64,000 nucleotides of DNA from Candidatus Ruthia sp. Cpac_8_S14 (GTDB lineage: Bacteria; Pseudomonadota; Gammaproteobacteria; PS1; Pseudothioglobaceae), in assembly GCA_021730205.1 (NCBI GenBank), contig CP072533.1, forward strand, positions 585,380-649,379, read 5' to 3'. Positions 49,569 to 61,405 of this stretch are shown here, in pieces. The position numbers and the translations under genes are program-made. A model generated the notes under the pieces. The model ran no database searches. It was not told where the DNA came from and worked only from the letters and a program-made list of their open reading frames with translations. Each line of letters opens with the position of its first letter. Position 1 is the stretch's first letter.

Positions 49569-50631
49569 GACTGTTTCTAACCTGAGCTTCAAGTCCATCT
49601 ACCAAGTTTTCATTGGTTATTTTAGAATGGATCTTACCATCAAGATACAAAAGATTAGGCTCACCACCTGTTAAGCCGACTGACACTGCTTTTGCTTCAC
49701 CGGGTCCATTGACCACACAGCCAATCACTGCCACATCAATTGGTTCAATGATGTCCTCAAGGCGAGACTCTAACTCATTAACTACTTTAATCACATCAAA
49801 CTTCTGTCTAGAACACGACGGACAAACAACTAAATTAACGCCTTTTTGGCGTAAATTTAAAGATTTTAAAATATCAAAGCCAACACGCACTTCATCAACT
49901 GGATCAGAGGCTAAAGAAACTCTAATTGTATCGCCAATACCTTCTGATAATAACAAACCTAAGCCAATCGAAGACTTAACCGTGCCAGAACGTAGCGACC
50001 CTGCCTCAGTAATGCCTAAATGTAATGGGTTGTCAATTTGAGAGGCCAGTTGTTGATAAGCAAATACAGTCATAAAAATTTCACTGGCCTTGAGTGAAAT
50101 TTTAAAATTATCAAAATTTAATTTATCTAAAATATCAACATGTCTAAAAGCAGATTCAACCATTGCCTCAGGTGTTGGCTCGGTGTATTTTTTTTGTAAA
50201 TCCTTTTCCAAAGAACCTGCATTCACACCAATACGAATTGGAATATTATGATCTATGGCTGACGCCACTACTTCTCTTATTTTATTTTCTCGCCCAATAT
50301 TACCTGGATTGATACGTAGGCAATTGGCACCATATTCTGCCACCTTAAGTGCAATTTTGTAATCAAAATGAATATCGGTAATCAGTGGAATATTGACTTG
50401 TTTCTTTATGGCTTTAAAGGCTTCTGCCGCATCCATTGTCGGCACAGAGATACGCATCAAATCAGCACCCGCGTTTTGAATGGCTTGTATTTGTGCAACC
50501 GTTGCCTTGACATCGGTCGTTTCAGTATTGGTCATACTTTGCACTGAAATGGGCGCATCACCACCAATTGCAACATCACCGACAAATATTTGCCTAGATT
50601 TTCTTCTTTGAATTATATGTATTGGCTTCAT
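49555..50631 (-). CDS. ispG: (E)-4-hydroxy-3-methylbut-2-enyl diphosphate synthase
   Basis: [45 protein letters not shown]. Confidence 0.98.
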   Translation of the reverse strand: MKPIHIIQRRKSRQIFVGDVAIGGDAPISVQSMTNTETTDVKATVAQIQAIQNAGADLMRISVPTMDAAEAFKAIKKQVNIPLITDIHFDYKIALKVAEYGANCLRINPGNIGRENKIREVVASAIDHNIPIRIGVNAGSLEKDLQKKYTEPTPEAMVESAFRHVDILDKLNFDNFKISLKASEIFMTVFAYQQLASQIDNPLHLGITEAGSLRSGTVKSSIGLGLLLSEGIGDTIRVSLASDPVDEVRVGFDILKSLNLRQKGVNLVVCPSCSRQKFDVIKVVNELESRLEDIIEPIDVAVIGCVVNGPGEAKAVSVGLTGGEPNLLYLDGKIHSKITNENLVDGLEAQVRNSLRSL

Positions 50632-50936
50632 TGATATTTATTGGTGTAATTATGAATTGCTTCATCTAGGGATTTTGGATCAACAATATTGTTATTAGAA
50701 TCAGAACCAAGCAATGGCTGATTATCAATTACAACGGTACTTACAGCCTCTTTTTGTTCTTCTTCGCCTTTGCTAATGACAATTAAAACGGGTACTTTTC
50801 TTACTTTTTTAGTGTTGTCTTTTTGATTTAAATACCAAAAAATACCTGAAATAAAGGCTAAAATAAGTGGCATCCACCGTTTTAATTTAAGCTTTTTCTT
50901 GCTTTTTTTAGGGTAATAATCAATGTCTTCTAGCAT
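50628..50936 (-). CDS. Hypothetical single-pass membrane protein
   Basis: Basic patch, one TM helix, polar tail; occupies the pilW/rodZ position between rlmN and ispG. Confidence 0.6.
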   Translation of the reverse strand: MLEDIDYYPKKSKKKLKLKRWMPLILAFISGIFWYLNQKDNTKKVRKVPVLIVISKGEEEQKEAVSTVVIDNQPLLGSDSNNNIVDPKSLDEAIHNYTNKYQ

Positions 50937-51990
50937 AAATTCTTTTGGTTTTATCTAGCACCTTTCCAGCTAACTGTCCACAAGCGCTATCAATATCTTC
51001 ACCACGGGTACGGCGTGTCATTGTGCGAATACCCTGTTGATACAAAACATTCTGAAACTTTTCAATGGTCTGTGCACTTGATGTTTGATATTGAGTTTTC
51101 TTAAATAGGTTAAAGGGAATTAGGTTTATTTTAGCCGAGATGCCTTTTAATAATTTTGCTAATTTATTAGCGTGTTCAATAGAATCATTCACATCTTTAA
51201 GCATAACATATTCAAACAAGATGTGACGTTCCTGAGTGCCAGCATGCAAATATACTTTGCAAGCTTTTAATAATTCTTCAATTGAATATTTTTGATTAAT
51301 GGGCACTAATTTATCTCGCAGATGATTATCAGGTGCATGCAAAGAAACAGCCAAACTCACAGGTGTTCGCTCACTCATGCGTAACATAGCTGGCACTATG
51401 CCAGAGGTAGAAATGGTGACCTTGCGTCTAGATAAACCAAACGCTAAATCATCAAGTAGCAAATCACAAGCGTTATACACTGCATGTTCATTTAACAAAG
51501 GCTCACCCATACCCATAAACACAACATTAGAAATACGCTTAGCTTTAGGATTGAGATACTGATTAGCAATCAACACTTGGGCAATAATCTCAGCCGTTGT
51601 AAGATTTTTGTTAAACCCTTGCATGCCAGTTGAGCAAAAAGTACAGGCCAAAGCACAACCTACTTGGGAAGAAATGCAAAGCGTCCCACGATCTTTCTCA
51701 GGAATATAAACCATTTCAATATGATTGTCTTCACCCAATGCTAGCACCCATTTAATCACCCCATCTAGAGCAAAGTTTTGTTTAATAACTTTAGGCAGCT
51801 CAACACAAGCTACCTTGCTTAGTTCCTCTCTTAGAGGTTTGCTAAAATTAAGCATTTTATCAAAATCAAACTCATAGGCTTTGTAAATCCACTGTATGAT
51901 TTGTTTGGTACGATAAGGCTTTTCACCTAAACCCACAAAAAAATCATACAGCGCATTCTGGTTAAAACTTAAAAGATTTTGTTTATTCAT
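50920..51990 (-). CDS. rlmN: Dual-specificity RNA methyltransferase RlmN
   Basis: CISSQVGCALACTFC, MGMGEPL, ACGQL. Confidence 0.97.
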   Translation of the reverse strand: MNKQNLLSFNQNALYDFFVGLGEKPYRTKQIIQWIYKAYEFDFDKMLNFSKPLREELSKVACVELPKVIKQNFALDGVIKWVLALGEDNHIEMVYIPEKDRGTLCISSQVGCALACTFCSTGMQGFNKNLTTAEIIAQVLIANQYLNPKAKRISNVVFMGMGEPLLNEHAVYNACDLLLDDLAFGLSRRKVTISTSGIVPAMLRMSERTPVSLAVSLHAPDNHLRDKLVPINQKYSIEELLKACKVYLHAGTQERHILFEYVMLKDVNDSIEHANKLAKLLKGISAKINLIPFNLFKKTQYQTSSAQTIEKFQNVLYQQGIRTMTRRTRGEDIDSACGQLAGKVLDKTKRIYARRH

Positions 51991-52039
51991 GCATTTTTTT
52001 GTATCAATTCTTGTTTAATGTAAGGAAGGTGTATTAGTG

Positions 52040-52465
52040 CTAACGAGTTCTTGGGCACACACCATCTTTACCAAAAAAATACTCGATTTCAATAGCTGCA
52101 TTTTCTAAAGAATCAGAGCCATGTACTGTATTTTCGTCTAAAGAGTTTGCGAAATCAGCACGAATAGTTCCGACATCAGCCTCTTTAGGATTGGTAGCGC
52201 CCATAATTTCACGATGCCTAGCAACGGCATTTTCACCCTCTAAAACCTGAACCATTACTGGGCCAGAGGTCATAAATTCAACCAACTCACCATAAAATGG
52301 ACGATTCTTATGCACTGCATAAAAACCATCTACCAAATCATTATCAAGATGAATCATTTTGCTGGCAATAATTTTAAAACCAGCTTCTTCAAAACGAGAA
52401 TAAATTTGACCGATTACGTTTTTTGCAACCGCATCTGGCTTGATAATTGATAAAGTACGTTCCAT
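52040..52465 (-). CDS. ndk: Nucleoside diphosphate kinase
   Basis: [35 protein letters not shown]. Start moved from the ORF-track 52528 to the conserved Met. Confidence 0.97.
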   Translation of the reverse strand: MERTLSIIKPDAVAKNVIGQIYSRFEEAGFKIIASKMIHLDNDLVDGFYAVHKNRPFYGELVEFMTSGPVMVQVLEGENAVARHREIMGATNPKEADVGTIRADFANSLDENTVHGSDSLENAAIEIEYFFGKDGVCPRTR

Positions 52466-52518
52466 AAAATCTCCACTAATCGTAAATAAAGCGAGTATTC
52501 TACCAAATTTCGGACATA

Positions 52519-52545
52519 AAAAAAGCACCTAAAAGTGCTTTTTTT
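52519..52545 (-). terminator. Rho-independent terminator after hup
   Basis: aaaaaagcac-ctaaaa-gtgctttttt. Confidence 0.75.
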
Positions 52546-52562
52546 AGAATCAATTAATAAGC

Positions 52563-52838
52563 TTACTTATTAATCGCCTCCTTTAACACTTTACCTGCTT
52601 TGAAAGCAGCCACTTTTGATGCTTTGATTTGAATCGTTACACCTGTTTGTGGATTACGACCTGTGTGTGCTGCACGATCTCTAACAACAAAACTACCAAA
52701 GCCAGTAAGTTGTACACCATCACTGCTAGTCATAGCTCTAGTAATAGCGTCTGTTATTGCATTTAATGCACGAGAGGCATCTGCTTTGGATAAGTTTGCC
52801 ACTAATGCAATTGCATCAATTAATTCTGATTTATTCAT
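52563..52838 (-). CDS. hupB: Histone-like protein HU
   Basis: MNKSELIDAIA, GFGSF, GRNPQTG, AFKAGKVLK. Confidence 0.93.
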   Translation of the reverse strand: MNKSELIDAIALVANLSKADASRALNAITDAITRAMTSSDGVQLTGFGSFVVRDRAAHTGRNPQTGVTIQIKASKVAAFKAGKVLKEAINK

Positions 52839-53038
52839 TCTTTCTCCTCGAAGAATTAATTTGTAAAGTACTAAATACTAAAGGTTGATTATTAAAGGAG
52901 GTAGAGAATGAAAAACAAATAAAAACTATCTATTACCACAACCTCCAACATTCAATCTGTTTAATTATAAAGATATTTTTCTTAATAAATTACAAATTTA
53001 CTAAGAAAATAAATAATCGTCAATCAAAGCTAAAATCT

Positions 53039-53524
53039 TTATTTGTTTATCTCTTTTAGCATCCTTTGTTTATCTCTTTGCCAATCTCTTGACTTAACAT
53101 CTTGGCGTTTGTCATAAGATTTTTTACCCTTAGCCACGCCAATTTCTAATTTCACCTTGTCTCTAATCCAATAAAGCTTAAGCGGTACAACAGTGGCACC
53201 TTTTTGATTAATTTTATCCTTAATACGATTAATTTCTAAACGATTAAGTAATAATTTACGAGTACGAGTAGAATCAGCATTGACATGTGTTGATGCGTTT
53301 TTAAGTGGTGAAATATGCGCACCAAACAAAAACAATTCATTATTTTTTAGAATAATGTAACTTTCTTTGATTTGGGCTTTGGAGTCTCGCAAACTTTTTA
53401 CTTCCCAGCCCTCTAAACTTAAACCAGCTTCCAGGGTTTGTTCGATAAAATAGTCACGTCTTGCCTTTTTATTAAGCGCAATGGTGTTTGAACTTGTTTT
53501 TATTTCTTTATTTTTTTTAGCCAT
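53039..53524 (-). CDS. smpB: SsrA-binding protein
   Basis: NKKARRDY, GLSLEGWEVKSLR, RKLLL, KGKKSYDKR. Confidence 0.97.
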   Translation of the reverse strand: MAKKNKEIKTSSNTIALNKKARRDYFIEQTLEAGLSLEGWEVKSLRDSKAQIKESYIILKNNELFLFGAHISPLKNASTHVNADSTRTRKLLLNRLEINRIKDKINQKGATVVPLKLYWIRDKVKLEIGVAKGKKSYDKRQDVKSRDWQRDKQRMLKEINK

Positions 53525-53969
53525 GCATCATATTTCTAAAAATGCCATTGTTGCCTATTCTTGTAAACAAATGTATCAATTGGTTAATCAGGTTAATCAA
53601 TATCCTCAATTTCTTAATTGGTGCTCAGATGCTTCTATTTTAAAGCAATCTGATCATAAAATCATAGCCTCAGTTAAGATTAATAAAGGGGTTTTTAATC
53701 AAATTTTTACAACAATCAACATTTTAACTCCTCATCAAAAAATTGATATGCAACTTAAGGAGGGGCCATTTAAATATCTAAGTGGTGCTTGGATATTCAC
53801 AAAACTAAGTAGCAGTGCCTGCAAAATTGAACTCAACCTGGAATTTAGCTTTTCATCAAAACTAGTGGACATTGCCATAGCGCCCATTTTTACCTCAATT
53901 GCCAATTCTCAACTGGATGCATTCATAGCAAGAGCTAAACAAGTCTATGGCTCAAACTTATCTATCTAA
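53523..53969 (+). CDS. ratA: RatA/Coq10 START-family protein
   Basis: ISKNAIVAYSCKQMYQLVNQV..YPQFL.WC, GPFKYLSG.W.F. Start placed at MHHISK. Confidence 0.9.
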   Translation: MHHISKNAIVAYSCKQMYQLVNQVNQYPQFLNWCSDASILKQSDHKIIASVKINKGVFNQIFTTINILTPHQKIDMQLKEGPFKYLSGAWIFTKLSSSACKIELNLEFSFSSKLVDIAIAPIFTSIANSQLDAFIARAKQVYGSNLSI

Positions 53970-54578
53970 TAACCTATTGTTAGTTTTGCAAACACAGGAT
54001 TAATGGTCGCTTTGTTGTCTTGATTACATGAAATATCTACAATTTCCATCACGCTTTTTACAATACTAACTGGTTTGGCACTGACTGTTGTTGATGTTAA
54101 AAATGCCACTGATGCAGCGCTAATTAATTACTAATGTTTGAAGTTTCATACTTCTTTCCTTTTTATTATAAATAATGACTCTTTGCTGAATTTTTTATTG
54201 ATAGCCTTCCAAATAGAAAAAACTAAAAATTCTTATGATTAATCCACAACTAGGCTCTTCTTTCAAATTGTGATTTGCAAAATAATCCATAACATAATAC
54301 CCTTCTGATTATCTTCTTTGTCATCGCAAGAGTCTTTTGCAACATCACGAATAACTTGTCTTTACGCTTCCGTAGGATTGACACTTAATGATTAACCCCG
54401 TATTTTGCATCAGAAAAAGCATTAAAACTTAAGAAAAATCCGAACAATATAACTAATTCCCTCACACTCAACCTCCTAGTTTGAATAGTCAAGAATTACC
54501 GTTATACCATCACTATTTTTGATTGCAAGTTTCTTTGAGACTATTTAAATATTATAATTATTAATTAAACATTTCAAC

Positions 54579-55022
54579 TCAATTACTGATTTTATCCATG
54601 GCTAAATTTGCCAGTGCATCCGCCATATCATTACCTTTATCGCCACTATGACCCTTGACCCAATGCCAAACAACATTGTGCTGATTGTTAAGCACATCTA
54701 AGCGCTGCCATAAATCTATATTTTTAACTGGTTTTTTATTGGCAGTTTTCCAACTTTTAGCCTTCCAGTTTTTAATCCACTCACTAATACCTATCATCAC
54801 ATATTTAGAATCGGTAAATAAATCAATCGCAATGTTGCTAGATTTAATTGCTTCTAATGCTCTAATAGCAGCAATAAGCTCCATTCGATTATTGGTGGTA
54901 TCATATTCTGCGCCTTGAAGTTTTTTATCATGGTCGCTATATCTAAGCCATACGCCCCAGCCACCAATACCAGGGTTACCACGGCAGCCACCATCTGTAT
55001 AAATGATTATTTTATTCATCAA
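54579..55022 (-). CDS. rnhA: Ribonuclease HI
   Basis: [42 protein letters not shown]. Confidence 0.98.
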   Translation of the reverse strand: MMNKIIIYTDGGCRGNPGIGGWGVWLRYSDHDKKLQGAEYDTTNNRMELIAAIRALEAIKSSNIAIDLFTDSKYVMIGISEWIKNWKAKSWKTANKKPVKNIDLWQRLDVLNNQHNVVWHWVKGHSGDKGNDMADALANLAMDKISN

Positions 55023-56784
55023 TATTTATTTGTAACCAATATTCCAATAATACCAAATGCCATAAACGCGAACCATTGAGTGCAGTCATATAGTTTCGCG
55101 GCTTGTTAATTACTTTATCAATAAATACCTGATTAAACACACCACGATTGACACATTTACTTGAAGTTAGTATGTCTGACATAAAGTCTAAAAATTCACC
55201 ACGTACGTATTTAAGTGCTGGCATTGGAAAATAGCTTTTTTTACGGTCAATCACACTATCGGGCAGTAAACCTCTGGCAATTTGTTTAAGGGGGTGTTTT
55301 CCTTTATTGAACATTTTTAAGCTTGGTGGCATGCTCAAAGCATGCTCTACCAACTTATAATCCATAAATGGTACGCGCGCTTCTAAGCCCCAAGCCATAG
55401 TCATGTTATCCACTCTTTTCACAGGGTCGTCTACCACTAAACGAGTAATATCAGTGCGAAATACTTTGTCCATAAACGTATCTGCATTTGCCTTAGTAAA
55501 TTCGCGATGAAGCCAAGTTTCGGTATGATTACCGCTGTGATATTGTTGATTAACCGTTTGCAGATACTCTTCATACGATCTATCTACATAATGTTTAGTA
55601 AAACGTTCAATCTCGGACCCTATCTGTGCTTGCATACGCTCATACCAAAAGTAACCTGCAAAAACCTCATCTGCACCTTGACCAGAAAGCACCACTTTAA
55701 TATGCTTAGATACTTGTTCAGATAATAAATAAAATGCCACTGCATCTTGAGCCACCATTGGCTCACTCATGTTTGCAACTGCTTCGCCAAGGCGTGGTAA
55801 TACTTGTGAATTACTAATGACATATTTTTCATGCTGGGTTTTAAACTGGGCAACAATTTGATCAGAGTATTCAAATTCAGACCCAACTTCATCATCAATA
55901 TCTTCAAAACCAATTGAAAACGTACGTATATCTTTATGCTCCGCTTCTCTAAGTAATGCGACTAAAAGTGATGAATCTAGCCCACCAGAAAGTAACACAC
56001 CAATTGGCACATCTGCAGCGTTCATGCGTTTTAAAACACTCTTTGTTAAGAGTTCATACGTGCACTGAATAAATTGCTCATCCGTCAATGCCTTTTCTGG
56101 GCGCACGGCCTTTGGCTGCCAATAAGTTTTTTCAACAACTTTACCCTTAGTGCTAATGGTTAATGTGGTTGCTGGTTTGATTTTATTCACACCATTAATG
56201 ATCGTATTAGGCGCTGGTACAACACCATGCAATGAAAGTTGCTGCTGCAGAGCAATAGGATTAATGCTTTTATCTATGCCTTGCGTTACCAGCGCCTGTA
56301 TATTAGAAGCAAAACTAAATACTTTGTCTGTTAGATTAAAATAAAGTGGCTTAATCCCCATTCGGTCGCGAGCAACAAACAATTGATTTTGAGCTTTATT
56401 CCAGATACAAAAAGCAAACATACCATCTAAATGCATGACACAATCCTCACCCCAATGATGATAAGCTTTGATAATAACCTCAGTGTCAGAATACGAGAAA
56501 AATTGATAACCTTGCTGGATTAAATCTTGGCGCAAAGCTTGATAATTATAAATCGTGCCATTGAAAACCAAAATCAGACCAAGATTTTTATCAATCATTG
56601 GTTGATGAGCATGATTAGACAAGTCAATAATAGCAAGCCTTTGATGCCCAAAGCCAATATTACCATCAACCCAGAGGCCACTAGAATCAGGACCACGACG
56701 CGCAATTTTTTGCATCATTGCCTTGAGTCCATCATCACTCACCACTTGAGTATCAAATCTTAACTGCCCACAAAGTCCGCACAT
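55012..56784 (-). CDS. Asparagine-synthase-family glutamine amidotransferase (N-acetylglutaminylglutamine amidotransferase-like)
   Basis: Ntn N-terminus [56 protein letters not shown]. Start placed at MCG. Confidence 0.88.
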   Translation of the reverse strand: MCGLCGQLRFDTQVVSDDGLKAMMQKIARRGPDSSGLWVDGNIGFGHQRLAIIDLSNHAHQPMIDKNLGLILVFNGTIYNYQALRQDLIQQGYQFFSYSDTEVIIKAYHHWGEDCVMHLDGMFAFCIWNKAQNQLFVARDRMGIKPLYFNLTDKVFSFASNIQALVTQGIDKSINPIALQQQLSLHGVVPAPNTIINGVNKIKPATTLTISTKGKVVEKTYWQPKAVRPEKALTDEQFIQCTYELLTKSVLKRMNAADVPIGVLLSGGLDSSLLVALLREAEHKDIRTFSIGFEDIDDEVGSEFEYSDQIVAQFKTQHEKYVISNSQVLPRLGEAVANMSEPMVAQDAVAFYLLSEQVSKHIKVVLSGQGADEVFAGYFWYERMQAQIGSEIERFTKHYVDRSYEEYLQTVNQQYHSGNHTETWLHREFTKANADTFMDKVFRTDITRLVVDDPVKRVDNMTMAWGLEARVPFMDYKLVEHALSMPPSLKMFNKGKHPLKQIARGLLPDSVIDRKKSYFPMPALKYVRGEFLDFMSDILTSSKCVNRGVFNQVFIDKVINKPRNYMTALNGSRLWHLVLLEYWLQINIDE

Positions 56785-56838
56785 AAAGTTTAATAAAAAT
56801 GTAAAATGGCCCATTTTACCAAGTTTTACGTATTAATA

Positions 56839-58239
56839 ATGGCTCAAACACTCTATGACAAACTAATGGATGCACATGTTATACGTAAAGACGGCTCAAT
56901 GGTACTTATTTATGTTGACAGGCAGCTTATTCACGAAGTGACCTCGCCTCAAGCATTTGAAGGCTTGGCAATGGCAGGTAGAAAACTTTGGCGCACAAGT
57001 GCCAACTTGGCAGTACCTGATCATAACGTACCCACAACCAATCGTTCATCAGGTGTTAGTGGTATTAGCGATGCTATTTCAAAGTTGCAAATTGAAACCT
57101 TAGACAAAAACTGCAAAACTTTTGGTATTGATGAAATATCTATGAACGACATTCGCCAAGGCATTGTGCATGTCATTGCTCCTGAACAAGGTGCTACTCT
57201 GCCAGGCATGAGCATTGTCTGCGGCGATTCACACACCTCAACTCACGGCGCACTAGGCATGCTAACATTTGGCATTGGTACCAGCGAGGTTGAACACGTT
57301 TTAGCCACAGGTTGTTTGTGGCAATCTAAATCTAAAAATCTTAACATTGAAGTTAATGGCAAACTTAACAAACACGTCAGTGCAAAAGACATTGCGCTTT
57401 ACGTTATTGGTCAAATCGGCACTTCAGGTGGTACAGGCTATGCGATTGAATTTAGTGGCTACACCATTCAAAATTTATCCATTGAAGGTCGTATGACCTT
57501 ATGCAATATGGCAATTGAAGCAGGTGCACGTGTAGGCATGGTTGCTGTTGATGATAAAACCATTAACTATGTCAAAGGTCGCCCACTGGCACCTTCAGGT
57601 GCTAAATGGAATAAAGCAATAGAATATTGGCGCACACTACATTCTGATAAAGATGCACACTTTGATAAGATCGTACATTTTGATGCGCAAGACATTAAGC
57701 CTCAAGTTACTTGGGGTACGTCTCCAGAAATGGTGGTGGCGATTGATGGATATGTGCCCAATCCTGCTAATGCCAAGAATCAAATTGAAAGAATTAGTTG
57801 GGAAAATGCACTTAATTACATTCAACTCACTGCTGATACAAAAATATCAGATATTAAAATCGATAAAATCTTTATTGGCTCATGCACCAACTCACGAATT
57901 GAAGACTTGCGTATTGCAGCCAGTGTTTTAGAAGATAAAAAAATTGCTAGCAATATCAAACTTGCCTTAGTCGTACCTGGCTCAGGACTGATTAGAAAAC
58001 AAGCCGAAGAAGAAGGACTGGATAAAATTTTTATCAATGCAGGTTTTGAGTGGCGTGAAGCGGGCTGCTCAATGTGTCTGGCTATGAATGCTGATAAACT
58101 AGAAGTAGGAGAGAGATGCGCAAGCACCTCAAATCGTAACTTTGAGGGTCGTCAAGGTCAGGGCTCGTTTACTCACTTAGTCAGTCCTGCCATTGCAGCT
58201 GCAAGTGCCATTGCTGGCTATTTTTCAGAGATCAAATAA
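56839..58239 (+). CDS. leuC: 3-isopropylmalate dehydratase large subunit
   Basis: [38 protein letters not shown]. Start placed at MAQTLYDK. Confidence 0.98.
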   Translation: MAQTLYDKLMDAHVIRKDGSMVLIYVDRQLIHEVTSPQAFEGLAMAGRKLWRTSANLAVPDHNVPTTNRSSGVSGISDAISKLQIETLDKNCKTFGIDEISMNDIRQGIVHVIAPEQGATLPGMSIVCGDSHTSTHGALGMLTFGIGTSEVEHVLATGCLWQSKSKNLNIEVNGKLNKHVSAKDIALYVIGQIGTSGGTGYAIEFSGYTIQNLSIEGRMTLCNMAIEAGARVGMVAVDDKTINYVKGRPLAPSGAKWNKAIEYWRTLHSDKDAHFDKIVHFDAQDIKPQVTWGTSPEMVVAIDGYVPNPANAKNQIERISWENALNYIQLTADTKISDIKIDKIFIGSCTNSRIEDLRIAASVLEDKKIASNIKLALVVPGSGLIRKQAEEEGLDKIFINAGFEWREAGCSMCLAMNADKLEVGERCASTSNRNFEGRQGQGSFTHLVSPAIAAASAIAGYFSEIK

Positions 58240-58853
58240 TGCAAAAATTTAGCACATTTACTTCAATAGCCGCACCACTTGAACGTGCTAATGTTGATAC
58301 TGATGCAATTATCCCCAAACAATTTTTAAAATCTATTAAACGTTCTGGTTTTGGTGTTAATTTATTTGATGAGTGGCGTTACCTAGACCATGGTGAAGTT
58401 GGCATGGACAATTCTAAACGTCCGCTTAATATGGATTTTGTATTGAATCAGGCAAAATACCAAGGTGCAAAAATACTACTGGCACGAGAGAATTTTGGCT
58501 GTGGCTCAAGCCGTGAACATGCACCTTGGGCATTAGAAGATTATGGTTTTAAAACAATTATTGCCCCTAGTTTTGCAGATATTTTTTATAACAATTGTTT
58601 TAAAAATGGCATTTTACCTATTGTGCAAGATGATAGCATTATGGATGAATTATTTATCTCAAGCGAAGAAATTACAATTAATCTTGATGCTCAAAGTATC
58701 TATCTGAATAGTAAAACTTATCTCTTTGAAATAGACGTAGAACGAAAAAGACGTTTAATCAATGGTCTTGATGATATTAGCTTAACTTTGCAATATACGC
58801 ATGATATTAAAGCTTTTGAGAAAAGCTATTTTAATAAATACAACTGGTTATGA
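58239..58853 (+). CDS. leuD: 3-isopropylmalate dehydratase small subunit
   Basis: [34 protein letters not shown]. Confidence 0.98.
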   Translation: MQKFSTFTSIAAPLERANVDTDAIIPKQFLKSIKRSGFGVNLFDEWRYLDHGEVGMDNSKRPLNMDFVLNQAKYQGAKILLARENFGCGSSREHAPWALEDYGFKTIIAPSFADIFYNNCFKNGILPIVQDDSIMDELFISSEEITINLDAQSIYLNSKTYLFEIDVERKRRLINGLDDISLTLQYTHDIKAFEKSYFNKYNWL

Positions 58854-59428
58854 TTGGTAAACTCACGGGCATCATTTTAGAAAAAAATCCACCTGAAATC
58901 TTGCTTGAAGTGGGCGATATTGGCTATGAAATTCTATGTCCAATGTCAAGTTTTTATGCAATGGGTGAGGAGAAGCAACTCTCGTTATACACCCACTTAT
59001 CAATTAAAGAAGATACGCATACCTTGTACGGCTTTATCTCTAAAGATGAAAAAACCTTATTTAGAGAACTGATTAGAGTAAATAGTATTGGCCCTAAAGT
59101 AGCGCTGGCTATTTTGTCTCACCTTGATACTGTCTCACTAATGAATGCTGTTGCTAATGAAGATGATCTTTTACTGGCTAAAACCCCGGGCATTGGTAAA
59201 AAAACAGCACAAAAACTCATTGTAGAACTTAAAGACCGTTTAGAAAAATTAGAATTAAGTAGTCAAAATTATCGAAACATTAATACAAATCCCAATATTG
59301 AGCAAGCATCGGCCGCTTTACAAGCACTTGGATTTAAATCCAAAGAATCTGAAAGGATGTTGGCTGTTATCAATGACAAAACACTCTCCACTGAAAACAT
59401 TATCCGCCTAGCACTTAAAAATAAATAA
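58850..59428 (+). CDS. ruvA: Holliday junction branch migration protein RuvA
   Basis: [46 protein letters not shown]. Confidence 0.96.
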   Translation: MIGKLTGIILEKNPPEILLEVGDIGYEILCPMSSFYAMGEEKQLSLYTHLSIKEDTHTLYGFISKDEKTLFRELIRVNSIGPKVALAILSHLDTVSLMNAVANEDDLLLAKTPGIGKKTAQKLIVELKDRLEKLELSSQNYRNINTNPNIEQASAALQALGFKSKESERMLAVINDKTLSTENIIRLALKNK

Positions 59429-59433
59429 TCTTA

Positions 59434-60425
59434 TTGATTGTTATTAGTTACACCAACCGGCCTCCTAAGCCAATCTAATTTGTTCTTGCATATTAATCTC
59501 GTTTCAGTATTACCATAACCAGAATCGGCACTGATCATGCCCGCCTTGGCAGCGTGAAAAGTACTATTTCGTAGCTAGTAGTTTTTATTAGCATCTAGAA
59601 CAATTCTAATTGCATTGATAATACTAGTAACATTAACGCCACTATTGATATGAACGCCGAAAAAATCATTATAATCAGTTGGTGTGGCGCAATTAGTCAT
59701 ACCTGTTAAAAGCTAATTATCGCTTTTGTAAGTATTTGGATAATGAACCCTTTCCTCTGCCACTGGCTGATAAACAGTATCATCTTTGATTATTTTATAA
59801 TCATAGTAATCTTGATATATATGATACTTACTTCCCGGGTTCTTCATTGATCGATAAGGCTTATCTGCGAAACTAATGAGCCAATTATCTGTTCCCGTAG
59901 AACGTTCTATAGCAATATCCAGCCAATCTGAGAAAGCCTCATTTAACGCACCTGATTCACGCGAATATATTAAATTAGAGTTCCTGCTAGTAATGGCATG
60001 TTTCCACTCATGAGCAGCAACATTAACAATCAAAGATAGGCTTTATCATATCCTTTAATAGGTATAGCAGGTGTGTAATAGATACTATTGTCAGAGTAAA
60101 AAAGCATTAAACTAAGAACCTGGATTAGGTCAATCTCAGGATGAGGAAACAGGTAGTCAGTAACAGCCGCTATAGAAGCGCCTTGATTGTCATAACTATT
60201 CAAAACCCTAAAGTATTAAATCACAATAGAATTTGCATGTACATCAACCTCTAATTGCTCTAAACCTTCGGTCAACTCGACACTATGTCTAGTAAATTTA
60301 TACTCCCCTAGTCCAATAGGTTCTAAGGTTTATGTATTTGAATTTGTAGCAAGCCCTATTGTTACGATGGTTAATATCATGCAAATAGAAACAACTGTCT
60401 GTTTTAGTTACTACTAAATACTCAT
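59434..60425 (-). pseudogene. Secreted M4 (thermolysin-like) metallopeptidase
   Basis: Leader MILTIVTIGLA, LNSYDNQGASI, VAAHEWKHAIT (HExxH), YSRESGALNEAFSD, GVHINSGV, NSTFHAA. Many stops. Confidence 0.88.
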
Positions 60426-61405
60426 AGCTTTTGCCCACCCCCCCCCTTTTTTTTTTCTTTCCTTCCTCTATTCGTTTGTTTTAGAACCATCTAATATTCA
60501 TGAATTAATAATGTGAAGGTCAAGATAATAACACCGCTCTCCTAACAGTTTGACCGTCTTTGACCGTCAATGTAATATCACCACACTATCATTACTTTGT
60601 GTAATAAACCTTACAAAGTTTCCATCATCTTCAACAACTTTTTGTATGCTACCCTCTCCACTTACGGGCAGCTGACAACAAGACACCTCAAAACAGAGCT
60701 ACCTGTCTGCATTTCAATTTCAGAAAACTCTGTACTAACTAACAGTAGATAAAGTGTGAGTTCTAGGATTCATCTGTAGACAATTGATTAAATCCAATAA
60801 TATTATTTATATCACTATCAATCGTACCTTGCATATATTATATTGCTATACTCATATCAACGAGCGTTTTTCCTGTACTAATTTCATCAATTGCTTCTTG
60901 TTAAGTATTGGTAACGTAACTTATACCTTTAAGTCGTACTACCTCTAAAATAACCAATTCTAGCATCACTACTACTATTCCACAGGACGATATAAGAAAA
61001 ATAACAACTATTATAACCCCATTTTATACATTTAATATTTAATGTCTAATTGTTTGAATAATAACCTGCATATTATCAATTTCAAGCCCTTGACAAGCTA
61101 AATCGAAAATTCTGATTGCCAAAATTGTCTATGCTGGATTTGATAAAAATCAAATCAGCTCTACTTTTTATATCAAGTTTTATTTTATACTGCAAATAAC
61201 TTCTGCACTAAAAAACCCATTGATACCTTAAGCATAAATATTATTCAATAACAAAATAAACGTGGTAATAGACGCCATGTATGTTCCAAAAAAAAATATC
61301 TGGTATAATAAAGGATTATTTCGTTTTACTTCAATTGATGCAAAAAAATTGACGTTAGAGAATATTTATATCTTTGGTTTTCATACCCCTACTAAAGACA
61401 CCCCT

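Noticed and set aside
49613-50041. 142-aa plus-strand ORF, and similar short ORFs opposite icd, thiC, aspS, purL, dxs and leuC
   Set aside because: Antisense or alternate-frame overlaps of well-supported genes, with no motifs.
53970-54480. ratB/rnfH remnant and two small secreted-protein relics
   Set aside because: Signal-peptide-like fragments are visible but too eroded to assign.
60480-61050. PKD-like domain or M4 propeptide upstream of the protease
   Set aside because: Only a TLTVKDG-like fragment, and a separate leader appears at 60425; insufficient evidence.
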